This document shows positions 37,533 through 48,561 of a stretch of 56,703 nt of DNA, piece by piece (position 1 is the stretch's first letter; every line of letters begins with the position of its first letter). The DNA is taken from positions 1 to 56,703 of the forward strand of contig DASVEG010000023.1 in NCBI GenBank assembly GCA_036380695.1. The letters run 5' to 3'. The translations under genes and the position numbers were made by a program. Below the pieces are notes generated by a model that searched no databases, was not told the origin of the DNA, and was given only the letters and a program-made list of their open reading frames with translations. The DNA comes from Acidimicrobiales bacterium (lineage in GTDB: Bacteria; Actinomycetota; Acidimicrobiia; Acidimicrobiales; CADCTF01).

Positions 37533-37777
37533 CGACCCTTCGCGGCGCGATCAGCCCGTGTGCGCCGGATCACGTCGTCCCATGCCACGTTGCGTTTCGC
37601 GGCGGGCACTCGAACGGTCCGAGCCAAATCGAGGAAGTCGGGCGTGCGGGCGAGCACGGCGCGGCGGCCCTCGACGCGGAAGACGACCTCGTCGCCGGCC
37701 TTGATCCCGAGCGCGTCCCGCACAGCCTTGGGCACGGTCACCTGGCCCTTCGACGTCACCCTCGCAGCTGAGTCCAC
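37529..37777 (-). CDS. vapB: AbrB/SpoVT-family antitoxin VapB
   Basis: RVTSKGQVTVPKAVRDALGIKAGDEVVF swapped-hairpin motif. Confidence 0.85.
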   Translation of the reverse strand: MDSAARVTSKGQVTVPKAVRDALGIKAGDEVVFRVEGRRAVLARTPDFLDLARTVRVPAAKRNVAWDDVIRRTRADRAAKGR

Positions 37778-37828
37778 GGCCGCTCCTTACTCATTGCCAC
37801 CGGTAAGGATACCAATCCAACGGGGTGG

Positions 37829-39747
37829 TCACACGCAGCCGCCCGGGGGATCGTCGTAACGAGGGTCGGCTCGCCACGTCCCGCCGTCCCAGTCGCCGGG
37901 CGCGACGCGCAGGTGGTCGAGCACGAGCGTGGTGACCGCGGCAGCGCCCGCAGGGCAGAGGTGCCAGGCGTCGGGCTTGCGGAGAAGGCGATCGCCGACG
38001 CGGGCAGGCCAGTCGCCCTCGCACCACGCAGCGCCGCCTCGATGTCGAGGTACGCGACGGTCGGGTAGCGCCGCGGGAGCTCCTCGAAGAACCGGTCGAC
38101 GGGGCGGTCCGCGGTCAACCCTCCCGGAAGCATCGACAGCCACAGGACCCGCGTTCCGCTGGAAGTCAGCGCCACGACGGCCTCGTCGAGCTGTTGTCGG
38201 TACGCGTCATCGCCATGCGACCGCACCCAGTCGATGTCCCAACTGCCGAGCATCACGACGACGAGGTCGGCGTCGTTGTCGCGCACGGTACGACCCCACA
38301 TCGCGCGCAACCTCGCACCCGGCTTGGTGATGCCGATGCCGGGATACGACGCGTCGACCACACGCCACCCCGCGGCGTTGAACGCGGCGGCCAGGGCAGG
38401 CGTCGTGTCGTACATGCTCGAGTCGCCGACGAGGACGACGGTTCCCGGCGCCGGACCGGCCACCGCAGGCGGCGACGTCAGCGTGGTCGGCACTGACGGC
38501 GCTGGCGTGGTGACGACTGAAGGGGACGGCATGGCGTCGAGGTTGACGTTCGCATAGGGCACCACGCTGGACGCGCGCAGCGTCAGGAGCCCGACGCCGA
38601 CCACGAGTGCTCCCACACCGCACGCGGCCAGCACGCGACGTAGCGGGAGCCGAGCAGCAGGACGCTCGACCAGGAACCACGAGAGCGTGGTGCCCGCCGC
38701 GGTCAGCGCAACTCGGGCGCCGAGCAGTCCCGCACCGCTCCAACCGGTGCGCGCCGGCGTGAGCACGACGATCGCCGGCCAGTGCCACAGGTACACGGCA
38801 TACGACACACGCCCGAGGATCCGCAGCGGCGCAGCGTCGAGCAGCCATCGCACCGAGGGGAGCGCGGCGCGCCGACGACGAGGAGGGCGGTCGCAGCGGC
38901 GACGGCCAGGAACCCGCCGCGGTAGAGCACGTCCGGCGCGTCGGTCGCGAAGGCGGCGACGACCGCGAGGACGGCGGGCAGCGCGGCGAACCACAGCCTG
39001 ACGCGGGTATGAGGCGCGACCAACGCGGCGCCCGCGCCGACCAGGAATGCCTGCGAGCGTGTGTCGCTGCCGTAGTACAGCCGCAGCGGGTCCTCGCCGG
39101 GCACGCAGGAGAGCGCCATCAAGGCCGCGGAGGCGACGGCACCCGCGGCCGCGAGCACGAGCAGTGCCCGCACGCGGCCGTGCCGCCAGCGAAGGACGAC
39201 GACGACCGCCACCGCCCACGCCAGGTAGAACTGCGCCTCCACGGCGAGCGACCAGAGGTGGAGGAGCGGGGAGCGCGCCGCAGCCGCTCCTCCGTAGGTG
39301 ACGGCATCGACCACGAGTCGCCAGTTCAAGAAGTACGCGAGCCCGGACAGCCCGTGCGCGCGGATCGTCGGGACGAGCGCGCGCCCCGTCGAGGTGCGCC
39401 CAGGCGGTGACCGCGGCGACGACCAGGATCAGGGGCGGCGTCAGGCGCCGCAAGCGCCTGGCCCAGAAGCGCCGGAGCGCGATCGCGCCGGTGCGGTGGT
39501 GCTCGTCCACGAGGAGGCCGGTGATCAGGAAGCCCGAGAGGACCATGAACACGTCGACGCCGAGGAACCCGCCGCTCAGCCGCTGCGGCCACAGGTGGTA
39601 ACCGAGCACCGCCAGCACGGCGATGCCGCGCAACCCGTCGAGCGAGCCGACCCGTGGCGGCGACGCCGGGCCCGCCGCCGGACGGCGGCGGACCCGTTCC
39701 TCCAGTTCGTCCCGAGCTACGCCGACTCCGTCGACGACGATCGCCAT
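37829..39747 (-). pseudogene. acyltransferase-3 / SGNH-hydrolase (OafA-like) gene with three frame switches
   Basis: The N-terminus (39747 downward) and SGNH part (VVLVGDSSMYD...VVMLGSWD) are in one frame. The core PLLHLWSLAVEAQFYLAWAV...LYYGSDTRSQAFLVGAG is only in ORF 38703-39329. The C-terminal tail WCEGDWPARVGDRLLRKPDAWHLCPAG...GGCV is only in ORF 37829-38143. Confidence 0.65.
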
Positions 39748-39782
39748 GTCTCTACGTTCGGAGCCGGCCCGACGTGCGACCA

Positions 39783-39796
39783 GGGCCGAAGGTCAG
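39783..39796 (-). promoter_or_regulatory. degenerate DosR-box-like motif
   Basis: GGGCCGAAGGTCAG (reverse complement CTGACCTTCGGCCC), 35 nt upstream of ATG 39747. Confidence 0.45.
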
Positions 39797-39814
39797 GTCG
39801 CGCACGGTTCGCGC

Positions 39815-42769
39815 CTACTGGTACCGGAGCGCCTCGGCGGGATAGATGCGCGTCGCGCGCCGTGCCGACGCCAGCGTGGTGATCAGCGCGGCGGCGATCA
39901 CCAACGTAAAGGTGATCGCGAGGTTCAGCCACGGCACCGCGAAGTCCATCGAGGCGTAGCCCGGCTGGCTCTTGGAGTCGGCGATGACGTTGTAGGAGAG
40001 CACCAGGCCAAGGAGCCCACCGACGAGGATGGCGGTGAAGGCGATCATCGACGTCTCGGCGAGCAGGGTGCGGCGGATCATCTCCGGCTGGAAGCCGATG
40101 GCGCGCAGCATGCCGAGGTGTTGGCGGCGTTCGACGACGGCGCGGGCGCTGATGACGCCGAGGGCGGCGACACCGACGACGAGGCCGAGCGACATGAAGC
40201 CTTGGACGAGTCGCACGAAGAGCATGCTCCCGCCGACGGCTTCGTCGAGGATGTCGACGTAGGTCTCGGCCTCGACACCCTGCGAGAGCAGGGCGGCTTC
40301 GATCGCCGCCGCAACCGCGTCGAGGTCCGCCCCGTCGCGGACCGCGAGGTGGTGGATCGTGGGGTTGGCCCGCTCGCCGAACGGCGAGAGCGTGGCCTGC
40401 GAGACGGTGATGCCCGACATCGAGAACGGCGCGCTGTCGCTCAACACGCCGATGACCGTGACGGTGGTGTCGCTGTTGGTCAGCGGGTCGTGCACGGTCA
40501 CGGGCACGGGCTCGAAGGCGCCGTCCTCGATGTAGAAGCCGCTCAAGCGGAAGTCGGTGATCACGCCGAACCCCCACTGGTCGCGGCGCGGCGCAACGTA
40601 GGCGTCGACGACCGCGAGCCCGGGCGTGGTGCCGACCGCGGTCCACACGTCGCGTGCGGTCTCGTAGCCGCTTGCCATGGCCATGAGCTCGTAGCTCGTG
40701 TTGGCGAGGAACGCTTCGTCGACGCCGCGGATCGGGTAGCGCTCGAGCGGGCGGTCGGCGTCTGCCTGCCGCGCCTCAACCGGGAGGAACGAGTGCGCAG
40801 CGCTCACGGCGACGTCGTTCGCGACGGCAGGTGGAAGCTGTGCCTTGAGGTCGTCGACGGACGCCGAGGGCGCGGTGGTGACCTCGATGTCGAAGCCGCC
40901 GCCGAAGCGCTCGACGTCGTCGAACGAGCTGATGAACGCGGACGGGATCGTCGAGCCCGTCACCATGGTGAAGACGACGAGCATGAACATCGACATCGTG
41001 ACGCCGGTGCGGAACCGGCTGCGGAGCGGGTAGGCGACGGCCATCTTGGCGATCGGGCGGACCGATTTGAACGGCGACGCAAGCCGCGAGACGAGGCCGA
41101 GCAGAACGTCCGCGTTGTAGGTGATCAGCCATGTCGCAGCGACGACGATGATCAGGCCCGAGGCGATCCAGATCGAGAAGTCCTTCGACATGTGGCCGAA
41201 CAGCGAGTCGAACGTGCGCATCGGGAGCATCCACAGCACGATGAGCAGACCCCCAGCCGCGGTGTAGGCGAGGCGCTCGCTCCGTCCCAGCAGCTTGATG
41301 ATCGGGACGGCCGACAGGATGACGATCGAGATGCCGAGCATCCACGGCAGGTACACCTTGCCCGTCGCGCCGCTCGCGGCCATGCCCCCGCCCAGCAGGA
41401 TGCCGAGGCCGACGAACAGCCACCGCAGCCGGCGGTGACGCGACTCGGCTTCTTCGGGGATGTCCCTGATGGCGCTGACGATGTTGAGCCGGCTCACACG
41501 CCAGGCCGAGACCGTGACGACGATCAGCGTGAGCAACACGCCCATCGCGTACGCGATCAAGAGGCTTCGCCCCGAGAGGCTGTACGTCAGCTCGACGCCT
41601 TCATCGGTGAACGTGGTCGCCACCGCGCGCACCATCACGTAGGAGACACCGATGCCGAGCACCGCGCCCACCGCCGCGGCGGCAAGGTCGTACACCGCGC
41701 CTTCGTAGAGGAACGTCTGGACGAGATGCCGCCGCTGCGTTCCGACCGCGCGGGCCATGCCCATCTCCGGCCGCCGCTCCGCCGCGAGCATCACGAAGAT
41801 CAGGAAGATGAGCAGGATGCCCGCGGCCATCGAGAAGCTGCCGAAGGTCGTGAACAGCTGGACGAACGTGTTGCCGGTCGTGTCGGCTGCCTCCAGCCCG
41901 TCGGCTTTGGTTGGCAGTGCTTCGAGGCCGAGTGCGGCGACGGCCCGGTCGACGGCGGGCTCGACGTCCGCCGTCAGCGACTCGCCGGTGAGCTCGTCGC
42001 CGTCATTGGAGACGAGCACGTGGTTCGTCTGCCCTGGCCTGTCGAGCAGCGCCTGGGCGGTGGCGAGCGGCACGAGCGCCGCGGGTCCGTCGGTGCCGAC
42101 GCCGGCGTACTCGCCCACACCGGCGACGCGCAGCTGCGCGACGCGGCCACCAGCCAGCACCGCAACACGGCTCCCGGCTTCGGCGTCGAGCTCTTCGGCG
42201 GCCTCGTCGTTGAGCAGTACCTCGTCGCTCGCGAGATCGCGGATGGCGGTGAAACCGAACGCGTCCACGCGCTCGGCATCCGGCGCGAAGAGCGTGATGC
42301 GCGGCTCCGTCTTGCCAGCGTCGGCGTGCTGGGCCGCGACCGGCTCGATGATGGCCGCCATGACGCCGTCGACCGGCAGCGACTTCGCGGCGGAGTCGAT
42401 TGCCGCGATGGCTGGGGCCGCGTCGAAGTACGGCCTCGCGGCCTCGAGGCCCGAGTCGGCCACGTCGGCATTGGTGCCTGCGGTCACGGTCTCGTCGGTC
42501 TGGCCGAGTGACTCCACGACGGCCGACCGGATCGTGCGCGCCATCGTGTCGCCGGTGAGCAGTGCCGACGCGATGATCGTCGTGCCGAGCATCAGCCCCA
42601 GCACGATGAGCGCGCTGCGCCCTCGCCGGCGCGGGATGTTGCGCAGCCCGATCTTGAGGAAGACGAGGTTGCGGAGCGCCACCACGACGACGGCGCCGAC
42701 GGCGACGGCGAGGACGATGGCAAGGACGGTCGACAGGGGTCCTGCCGGGAAGCCGAAGACCCGTTTCAT
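39815..42769 (-). CDS. ABC transporter permease, double FtsX-domain (MacB/YbbP-like)
   Basis: 984 aa. LRNIPRRRGRSALIVLGLMLG N-terminal helix, two large extracytoplasmic loops, and two 4-TM FtsX blocks. Confidence 0.9.
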   Translation of the reverse strand: MKRVFGFPAGPLSTVLAIVLAVAVGAVVVVALRNLVFLKIGLRNIPRRRGRSALIVLGLMLGTTIIASALLTGDTMARTIRSAVVESLGQTDETVTAGTNADVADSGLEAARPYFDAAPAIAAIDSAAKSLPVDGVMAAIIEPVAAQHADAGKTEPRITLFAPDAERVDAFGFTAIRDLASDEVLLNDEAAEELDAEAGSRVAVLAGGRVAQLRVAGVGEYAGVGTDGPAALVPLATAQALLDRPGQTNHVLVSNDGDELTGESLTADVEPAVDRAVAALGLEALPTKADGLEAADTTGNTFVQLFTTFGSFSMAAGILLIFLIFVMLAAERRPEMGMARAVGTQRRHLVQTFLYEGAVYDLAAAAVGAVLGIGVSYVMVRAVATTFTDEGVELTYSLSGRSLLIAYAMGVLLTLIVVTVSAWRVSRLNIVSAIRDIPEEAESRHRRLRWLFVGLGILLGGGMAASGATGKVYLPWMLGISIVILSAVPIIKLLGRSERLAYTAAGGLLIVLWMLPMRTFDSLFGHMSKDFSIWIASGLIIVVAATWLITYNADVLLGLVSRLASPFKSVRPIAKMAVAYPLRSRFRTGVTMSMFMLVVFTMVTGSTIPSAFISSFDDVERFGGGFDIEVTTAPSASVDDLKAQLPPAVANDVAVSAAHSFLPVEARQADADRPLERYPIRGVDEAFLANTSYELMAMASGYETARDVWTAVGTTPGLAVVDAYVAPRRDQWGFGVITDFRLSGFYIEDGAFEPVPVTVHDPLTNSDTTVTVIGVLSDSAPFSMSGITVSQATLSPFGERANPTIHHLAVRDGADLDAVAAAIEAALLSQGVEAETYVDILDEAVGGSMLFVRLVQGFMSLGLVVGVAALGVISARAVVERRQHLGMLRAIGFQPEMIRRTLLAETSMIAFTAILVGGLLGLVLSYNVIADSKSQPGYASMDFAVPWLNLAITFTLVIAAALITTLASARRATRIYPAEALRYQ

Positions 42770-42777
42770 GTTGGCTC

Positions 42778-43104
42778 CTAGTAGCTGATCGATCCCGCCA
42801 TCGCCGGCGGCAACGCGAGGCGCACCTCGTAGTGCTCGCGGCCTGGCGGGGAGCGGAACATCGTCGTGAACTCGGCGAGCACGTCGGGGTACCAGCCCGC
42901 GTCACCGCTGGCGTCTGCCTGATCGGCGCGGTCCCAGAACGTGATCAACATGGCGCGGCCCTCTGGTGTGGTGAAGGCGTACAACCCGCGGAACCCCGAC
43001 TGCTGCTCGAGGCGAAAGATCACGCTGTCCTTGAACACCTCGAGCGCGTGCTCGACCGGCACGCGCATCGTGTCGATCTCAAGCAGCGTGGTGCGAGCGA
43101 ACAT
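42778..43104 (-). CDS. ABM/Dabb-like small protein
   Basis: 108-aa ORF between the ATPase and permease genes. Reads [27 protein letters not shown]. Confidence 0.6.
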   Translation of the reverse strand: MFARTTLLEIDTMRVPVEHALEVFKDSVIFRLEQQSGFRGLYAFTTPEGRAMLITFWDRADQADASGDAGWYPDVLAEFTTMFRSPPGREHYEVRLALPPAMAGSISY

Positions 43105-43795
43105 GTGCCACCTCCGGGACGAGCTCGTCGACGACGCGGCCGTCGAGCATGCGAATGATGCGATCGGTGGCCCGCCCCACCGCGATGTCGTGGGTCACGA
43201 TCACGAACGTGAGGCCACGCTCCTCGTTGAGCGAGCGCATGAGCTGCACGACCTCGACGGCCTTCTCACTGTCGAGATCGCCGGTGGGCTCGTCTGCCCA
43301 CACGAGGGCGGGGTTGTTGACGAGCGACCGCGCGATCGTGACGCGTTGCCGCTCTCCGCCGGACAGCTCCTCGGGCAGATGCGCGGCGCGACCGTCGAGA
43401 CCGACCATGGCCAAGGCCTCGATGGCCCGATGCCGCGCCTCCTTCGTCGCGGCCCCCGAGACGAGGAGCGGAAGCTCGACGTTCTCGGCCGCCGTCAGCA
43501 CGGGGATGAGGTTGTAGAACTGGAACACGAACCCCATCCGTCGCGCGCGGTGATCCGTGCGCTGCCGATCGGACATGTCGGCCAGGGAGACGCCTTCGAT
43601 GAGCACGTCACCCCCGTCGAACCGGTCGAGGCCCGACAAGCAGTTGAGCAGCGTCGTCTTGCCGCAGCCCGACGGACCCATGATGGCGACCATCTCACCG
43701 GCCTCGATCACGAGGTCGACGCCCTTCAGCGCCGGGACCGCGACCTTTCCCTTGTAGGTCTTGCGGACGTCCCTCGCCTCAACGATTGCGGTCAT
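43079..43795 (-). CDS. ABC transporter ATP-binding protein (MacB/LolD type)
   Basis: Walker [10 protein letters not shown], signature LSGGERQRV, Walker [13 protein letters not shown]. Confidence 0.9.
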   Translation of the reverse strand: MTAIVEARDVRKTYKGKVAVPALKGVDLVIEAGEMVAIMGPSGCGKTTLLNCLSGLDRFDGGDVLIEGVSLADMSDRQRTDHRARRMGFVFQFYNLIPVLTAAENVELPLLVSGAATKEARHRAIEALAMVGLDGRAAHLPEELSGGERQRVTIARSLVNNPALVWADEPTGDLDSEKAVEVVQLMRSLNEERGLTFVIVTHDIAVGRATDRIIRMLDGRVVDELVPEVAHVRSHHAA

Positions 43796-44774
43796 GGTCG
43801 CTTACCTCCACGTGAAGATCGTCTTGATCGTGCGCGCGTTCTCGCTCGGGCCACAGGGCCATTGGTCCCTCGATCGCGCCGGTGACGGAGGTGCCCGCCT
43901 CGCCGCGCAGGATGGCGGCCGCGTCGTCGAGCGCCCCGATGCCGGCGACGCCGCCACGTTGCTCGACGAAGCGGGCAGCAGCCTCGACCTTCGGCCCCAT
44001 CGATCCCGCAGCCGCTCCGAGAGAACGCAACTGTTCCGGCGTGGCTCGACGGATCGCGCTCGCCGCGGGCGTTCCCCAGCCCTCGTACACGGCGTCGACG
44101 TCGGTCAGCAGGAGCAACGCGTCCGCGCCGAGCTGCGCCGCGAGCAACGCGGCGACCAGGTCCTTGTCGACGACGGCCTCGACGCCGCGCAGGCCGTTGG
44201 CGTCCTCGACGACGGGTATGCCACCGCCGCCGGCGCAGATCACGAGGACACGGTGCTGGACGAGGAGCCGGATCGTCCGCAGCTCGACGATGCGGCCTGG
44301 CTCGGGTGACGGGACGACACGACGCCAGCGCGGCCCGTCAGGCGCGACGGTCCATCCCCGCTCGGCCGCGAGCCGCTTGGCCGACGCTTCGTCGTACACG
44401 GGACCGACGAACTTGGTGGGGTGGCCGAAGGCGGGATCGCTCGCGTTGACGACGACCTGGGTCAGGAGCACCGCGATCCGGTCCTGCACGACGTGGTCGG
44501 ACAGCTCCTGCTCGAGGAGGTAGCCGACCATGCCTTCCGTCTCCGCGCCGAGCACGTCCAACGGGTAGGGCGTCACGTCCGGGTACGCGGCGTTCTGGAG
44601 TGCCAAGAGACCCACCTGGGGTCCGTTGCCGTGGGTGAGGACGACGTCGTGGTCGCGCGCGACCTCGGCGACCGACTCGGCTGCCACCTTTGCGTTCACC
44701 CGTTGCGTAGCGGCGTCGAGGGGCTCGCCCCGCCGCAGGAGCGCATTGCCGCCCAACGCGATGACGACGAGCAT
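43779..44774 (-). CDS. arcC: carbamate kinase
   Basis: [13 protein letters not shown]...THGNGPQVG...[10 protein letters not shown]. Start overlaps the arcB stop (TGATG). The track's 483-aa N-terminal extension is rejected. Confidence 0.85.
   Translation of the reverse strand: MLVVIALGGNALLRRGEPLDAATQRVNAKVAAESVAEVARDHDVVLTHGNGPQVGLLALQNAAYPDVTPYPLDVLGAETEGMVGYLLEQELSDHVVQDRIAVLLTQVVVNASDPAFGHPTKFVGPVYDEASAKRLAAERGWTVAPDGPRWRRVVPSPEPGRIVELRTIRLLVQHRVLVICAGGGGIPVVEDANGLRGVEAVVDKDLVAALLAAQLGADALLLLTDVDAVYEGWGTPAASAIRRATPEQLRSLGAAAGSMGPKVEAAARFVEQRGGVAGIGALDDAAAILRGEAGTSVTGAIEGPMALWPERERAHDQDDLHVEVSDHDRNR
43856..43869 (-). promoter_or_regulatory. DosR-box-like motif embedded in the arcC 3' end
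   Basis: GGGCCATTGGTCCC, 60 nt upstream of ATG 43795. Confidence 0.6.
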
Positions 44775-45727
44775 CAGCCTGCACCGACGGTGACGGCGGC
44801 GCCGTGGAGCTCGCGGAGCACGAGCGCGACGAGCAGTGCCTGCGCGGTGTGCATGCGGTTCTCGGCCTGGTCGAACACCACCGACCGCGGCCCGTCGATC
44901 ACGTTCCACGTGACCTCCTCGCCGCGGTGGGCGGGAAGGCAGTGCATGAAGATCGCTCGCGACGAGGCACCCCCCATCACCGCCGCGTTCACTTGGTACG
45001 GCCGCAGCGCGGCTGTCCTCGCCGCGCGTTCGTCTTCGCTGTCGCCCATCGAGACCCAGACGTCGGTGTAGACGACGTCCGCACCCGCGGCCGCGGCGAG
45101 CGGGTCGTGCGTCGTTATGACGACCGCTCCCGACTCCGCGGCGACGCGTTCGGCGCCGGCGACGACGTCGGGGTTGGGCTCGTAGCCAGGCGGCGTCGCC
45201 ACGACGAGGTCGACTCCCGCGAGTGCGCACGCCTCCATCAAGCTGTGGGCGACGTTGTTGCCGTCACCGAGGTAGGCGACCCGAAGGCCCGTGAGCTCGC
45301 CGAAGCGTTGCTTCATCGTGAGCAGGTCGGCGAGCGCCTGGCACGGGTGGTGCAGGTCGGTGAGCGCGTTGACGACCGGGATGGTCGCTGTGGCGGCGAA
45401 CCGCGCGACGGCGGCGTCGGAGAACGTGCGGATCACGAATGCGCGGGCGTAGCGGCTGATCACCGCTGCGGTGTCCTCGATCGTCTCGCCGCGACCGAGC
45501 TGCAATTCGTTCGGCCCGACGACTTCGGGGACGCCGCCGAGCCGGGTGATCGCGGTGCCGAACGACAACCGGGTTCTGGTCGACGGCTTCGCGAAGTACG
45601 TGACGACCGTCTCTCCTTCGAGCAGGCGCGCGTACGCGTGGGGTTGCGCTCGCACCTGCTCGGACACCGCGAGCAGGTGCTCGAGGTCGCCCCTGCTGAG
45701 GTCGGCGACGCGGAGAAGATCTTTCAT
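44774..45727 (-). CDS. arcB: ornithine carbamoyltransferase
   Basis: FAKPSTRTRLSF, HPCQALADL and VYTDVWVSMG motifs. Confidence 0.9.
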   Translation of the reverse strand: MKDLLRVADLSRGDLEHLLAVSEQVRAQPHAYARLLEGETVVTYFAKPSTRTRLSFGTAITRLGGVPEVVGPNELQLGRGETIEDTAAVISRYARAFVIRTFSDAAVARFAATATIPVVNALTDLHHPCQALADLLTMKQRFGELTGLRVAYLGDGNNVAHSLMEACALAGVDLVVATPPGYEPNPDVVAGAERVAAESGAVVITTHDPLAAAAGADVVYTDVWVSMGDSEDERAARTAALRPYQVNAAVMGGASSRAIFMHCLPAHRGEEVTWNVIDGPRSVVFDQAENRMHTAQALLVALVLRELHGAAVTVGAG

Positions 45728-45743
45728 GGTCCGTCCCTTCCGT

Positions 45744-46964
45744 TCATGCGGGATCGCGGACGAGCGGGCAGCTCATGCAGCGCGGCCCGCCTCTCCCGCG
45801 GCCGAGCTCGCTACCGGCGATGGTGATGACCTCGATGCCGGCCTTGCGCAACTTGGTGTTCGTGTCGACGTTGCGCTCGTACGCGACGACGACACCGGGC
45901 GCGGCGGCCAGCACGTTGTTGCCGTCGTCCCACTGCTCTCGCTCGGCTTCGAACTCGTCGCCGCCCGTGGTGAGCACGCGCACGTCGTCGAGGCCGAGCG
46001 CGGCCTTGATCGGCGCGAACACGTCGGGATGTGCGGTGACGACGATGTCGTCCGCCGAGTCGCCCGGCACCAGCGTCCACGCCCTCATGAGCTCCGCGAC
46101 GCCGGGGTACGCGACGAAGGTGTCTGCACGCACCATGGTCATGACCGTGTCGAGGTGCATGAAGGCACGCCGCGGCGGGAGCGCTGCGGCGATGACGGTA
46201 CGCGCCGCGCCGGCTCGGAACAGGGAGCGGGCGACGGTCTCGACGGCTTGCGGTGTCGTGCGCTCGCCCATGCCGATGAGGACGGCGCCGTTGCCGATCA
46301 CGAGCACGTCGCCGCCCTCGATCGTGGCCGTGCCGTGGTCGGCGTCGACACCGCCGTACCACCAGGCGAAGTCGTGGCCGGCGAACCTCGGGTGGAATCG
46401 ATAGATCGCTTCGAGGTGGGCGGTCTCGCGGCGGCGAGCACTCATCGCCATCGGGTTCACCGAGACACCGCCGTAGATCCAGCATGAGGTGTCCCTCGTG
46501 AACAGGTGGTTCGGAAGCGGCGGTAGGACGAAGCCGTTTGACCCGGCGAGCTCGGTACGCAGACTCCGGGTGGCCGCGGGCAACTCCGCGACGGTGATGC
46601 CGCCGATGAGGTGGGCCGCGGCGGTGGTCGGGTCGGCCATGGCGATGAACTCGCGAACGCCCGCGACGAGGTCTCGCCCCAGGTCTTTCTCGGTGACCAC
46701 CCGATCGAGGAGCCACGCGCGGCCGGCGTCGTCCTTGAGCACGCCGGCCAGCAGGTCGCCGACGTCGAGCACCTCGATGCCGAGATCGCGCAACGTGTCC
46801 GCGAACGCGTCGTGCTCTTGCCGGGCTCGCTTCACCCAGAGCACGTCGTCGAACAGCAGCTCGCGGCAGTTCGACGGGGTCAGCCTTCGCAGCTCGAGAT
46901 CGGGTCGATGGAGGAGGACGGACCGCAGCGTGCCCACCTCGGAGTCGACGTGGAAGTCAGCCAT
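45744..46964 (-). CDS. arcA: arginine deiminase
   Basis: [21 protein letters not shown]...FTRDTS...[10 protein letters not shown] catalytic Cys. ATG 46964 lies 36 nt from a box. Confidence 0.9.
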   Translation of the reverse strand: MADFHVDSEVGTLRSVLLHRPDLELRRLTPSNCRELLFDDVLWVKRARQEHDAFADTLRDLGIEVLDVGDLLAGVLKDDAGRAWLLDRVVTEKDLGRDLVAGVREFIAMADPTTAAAHLIGGITVAELPAATRSLRTELAGSNGFVLPPLPNHLFTRDTSCWIYGGVSVNPMAMSARRRETAHLEAIYRFHPRFAGHDFAWWYGGVDADHGTATIEGGDVLVIGNGAVLIGMGERTTPQAVETVARSLFRAGAARTVIAAALPPRRAFMHLDTVMTMVRADTFVAYPGVAELMRAWTLVPGDSADDIVVTAHPDVFAPIKAALGLDDVRVLTTGGDEFEAEREQWDDGNNVLAAAPGVVVAYERNVDTNTKLRKAGIEVITIAGSELGRGRGGPRCMSCPLVRDPA

Positions 46965-47000
46965 GGCGCGGATGCTCCGTCGCTCGACAGCGGCGGCACA

Positions 47001-47014
47001 GGGCCATTGGTCCC
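47001..47014 (-). promoter_or_regulatory. DosR-box-like motif (arcA side)
   Basis: GGGCCATTGGTCCC, 36 nt upstream of ATG 46964. Confidence 0.65.
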
Positions 47015-47027
47015 TCATCCGCGGATG

Positions 47028-47041
47028 GGACCTTCGGCTCT
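47028..47041 (+). promoter_or_regulatory. DosR-box-like motif (permease side)
   Basis: GGGACCTTCGGCTC, 68-74 nt before ATG 47110/47116. Confidence 0.55.
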
Positions 47042-47115
47042 AGGTCGGCCACGCGGCGAGCCGGAGACTCACGCGCAGCGGGCTACACGTGCCCCGATCC
47101 CGAGGAGGGATGATC

Positions 47116-48561
47116 ATGACCACCACCGTCAAGCCGGCGGTCAGGACGTCGCCCGACGCCATCGTCGGCGACCCCATCGCGGGGGCAGCCCGGAAGCTCG
47201 GCCTGCCGTCCGCGACCGCGCTCGTCATCGGCAGCATCATCGGCACCGGCGTGTTCACCATGCCCGCGGTGATGGCGGGAGCGGGCACGAGCTCGATCAT
47301 CACGCTCGTCGCCATTTCCGTCGGCGCCGTGCTGCTCGCCTTGCTGTTCGGCCAGCTCACCAATCGCGTCCCGCACAACGAGGGAGGGTTGTACGCGTAC
47401 GCGCGTCACGAGTTCGGTGACTTCGCCGGCTACCTCACCGCGTGGTGCTACTGGATCACGTGCTGGGCCGGCAACGCGGCCATCGTCTCGTCGTGGGTGC
47501 TCTACGTCGAGGAGCTCTTCGGCATCGACAACCCGTCGGCGTGGGTCAACTTCGGCATCGCCATGACCGGGTTGTGGATCCCGGCGGCGATCAACCTCGT
47601 CGGTGTCCGCCAGATGGCGGTGTTCCAGAACATCACGGTCGTGCTGAAGTTCCTGCCCCTGCTGTTCGTCGGCACCGTTGGCTGGTTCTTCGTTACGACG
47701 AGCAACTTCGGTGCGTTCAACGCATCGGGCGGCAACCTGTACGACGCCATCAACCTGGCCGCAGGTGTCGCGCTCTTCTCCTTCATCGGTGTCGAGTGCG
47801 CGTCGATCGCGGCTGGTCGCGTCAAGAACCCGCGCCGCAACGTCGGGCGGGCGTCGGTGATCGGCACCGCAGCGAGCGCGCTGCTCTACGTCGCCGTGAC
47901 CGCCGCCGTCATGGGGCTGGTGCCCCACGAGAAGCTCGTCGACGACGGCGCCCCGTTCGTCGCCGCGTTCGACGCGATGTTCAGCGGGGGTTGGCTCGGC
48001 AAGCTCGTTGCGCTCACCGCGGTCATCTCCGGCATCGGTGCACTCAACGGGTGGACGATGGTCACCGCGGAGATGCCCTACGCAGCCGCGAAGGACGGTC
48101 TGTTCCTCGACGCCTTCGGCAAGACCAACCGCAAGGGCGTTCCCTGGTTCGGCGTCGTCGCCTCGACCGTCGTCGCGTCGCTCCTGATGGCGTGGAGCTA
48201 CAGCGGCGAGACCGGCCTCAAGGTGTTCACGTATCTCGTGTACCTGTCGGTCGTGACCGTTGCGATCCCGTACTTCATCTCGGCCTGCGCCCAGCTCGCG
48301 TTCCTCGTGTCGAGGCGTCGGCGGGTGCACGGATGGGCGCTGACGCGTGACCTGGCGATCTCGGTGGTGGGTGGTGCGTTCGCCCTGTGGGTGACGTTCG
48401 CCTCCGGCTACCAGTCGGTGTACCAGGCCATGTTGCTCCTGCTGCTCGGACTGCCGCTGTACGCGTTCCTCAAGGCCCGGCGCGAACGGCGTGGTGACGT
48501 CGACGAGCCCGTCGACATGCCCGCTGACATGCTCACCGACGACCTGGTGGACGTCCGGTAG
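47116..48561 (+). CDS. arcD: APC-family amino acid permease (arginine/ornithine antiporter candidate)
   Basis: LVIGSIIGTGVFTMP motif and 12 TM helices. GAGGAGGG lies 6 nt before ATG 47116 (alternative ATG 47110). Divergent from arcABC. Confidence 0.85.
   Translation: MTTTVKPAVRTSPDAIVGDPIAGAARKLGLPSATALVIGSIIGTGVFTMPAVMAGAGTSSIITLVAISVGAVLLALLFGQLTNRVPHNEGGLYAYARHEFGDFAGYLTAWCYWITCWAGNAAIVSSWVLYVEELFGIDNPSAWVNFGIAMTGLWIPAAINLVGVRQMAVFQNITVVLKFLPLLFVGTVGWFFVTTSNFGAFNASGGNLYDAINLAAGVALFSFIGVECASIAAGRVKNPRRNVGRASVIGTAASALLYVAVTAAVMGLVPHEKLVDDGAPFVAAFDAMFSGGWLGKLVALTAVISGIGALNGWTMVTAEMPYAAAKDGLFLDAFGKTNRKGVPWFGVVASTVVASLLMAWSYSGETGLKVFTYLVYLSVVTVAIPYFISACAQLAFLVSRRRRVHGWALTRDLAISVVGGAFALWVTFASGYQSVYQAMLLLLLGLPLYAFLKARRERRGDVDEPVDMPADMLTDDLVDVR

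Noticed and set aside
39623-42511. 962-aa plus-strand ORF
   Set aside because: It is antisense to the FtsX-type permease. The composition is dominated by R/D/G/E, with no motifs.
43779-45230. 483-aa version of the carbamate kinase ORF
   Set aside because: The N-terminal 150 aa overlap arcB in another frame and are Arg-rich. The canonical [13 protein letters not shown] start at 44774 is coupled to the arcB stop.
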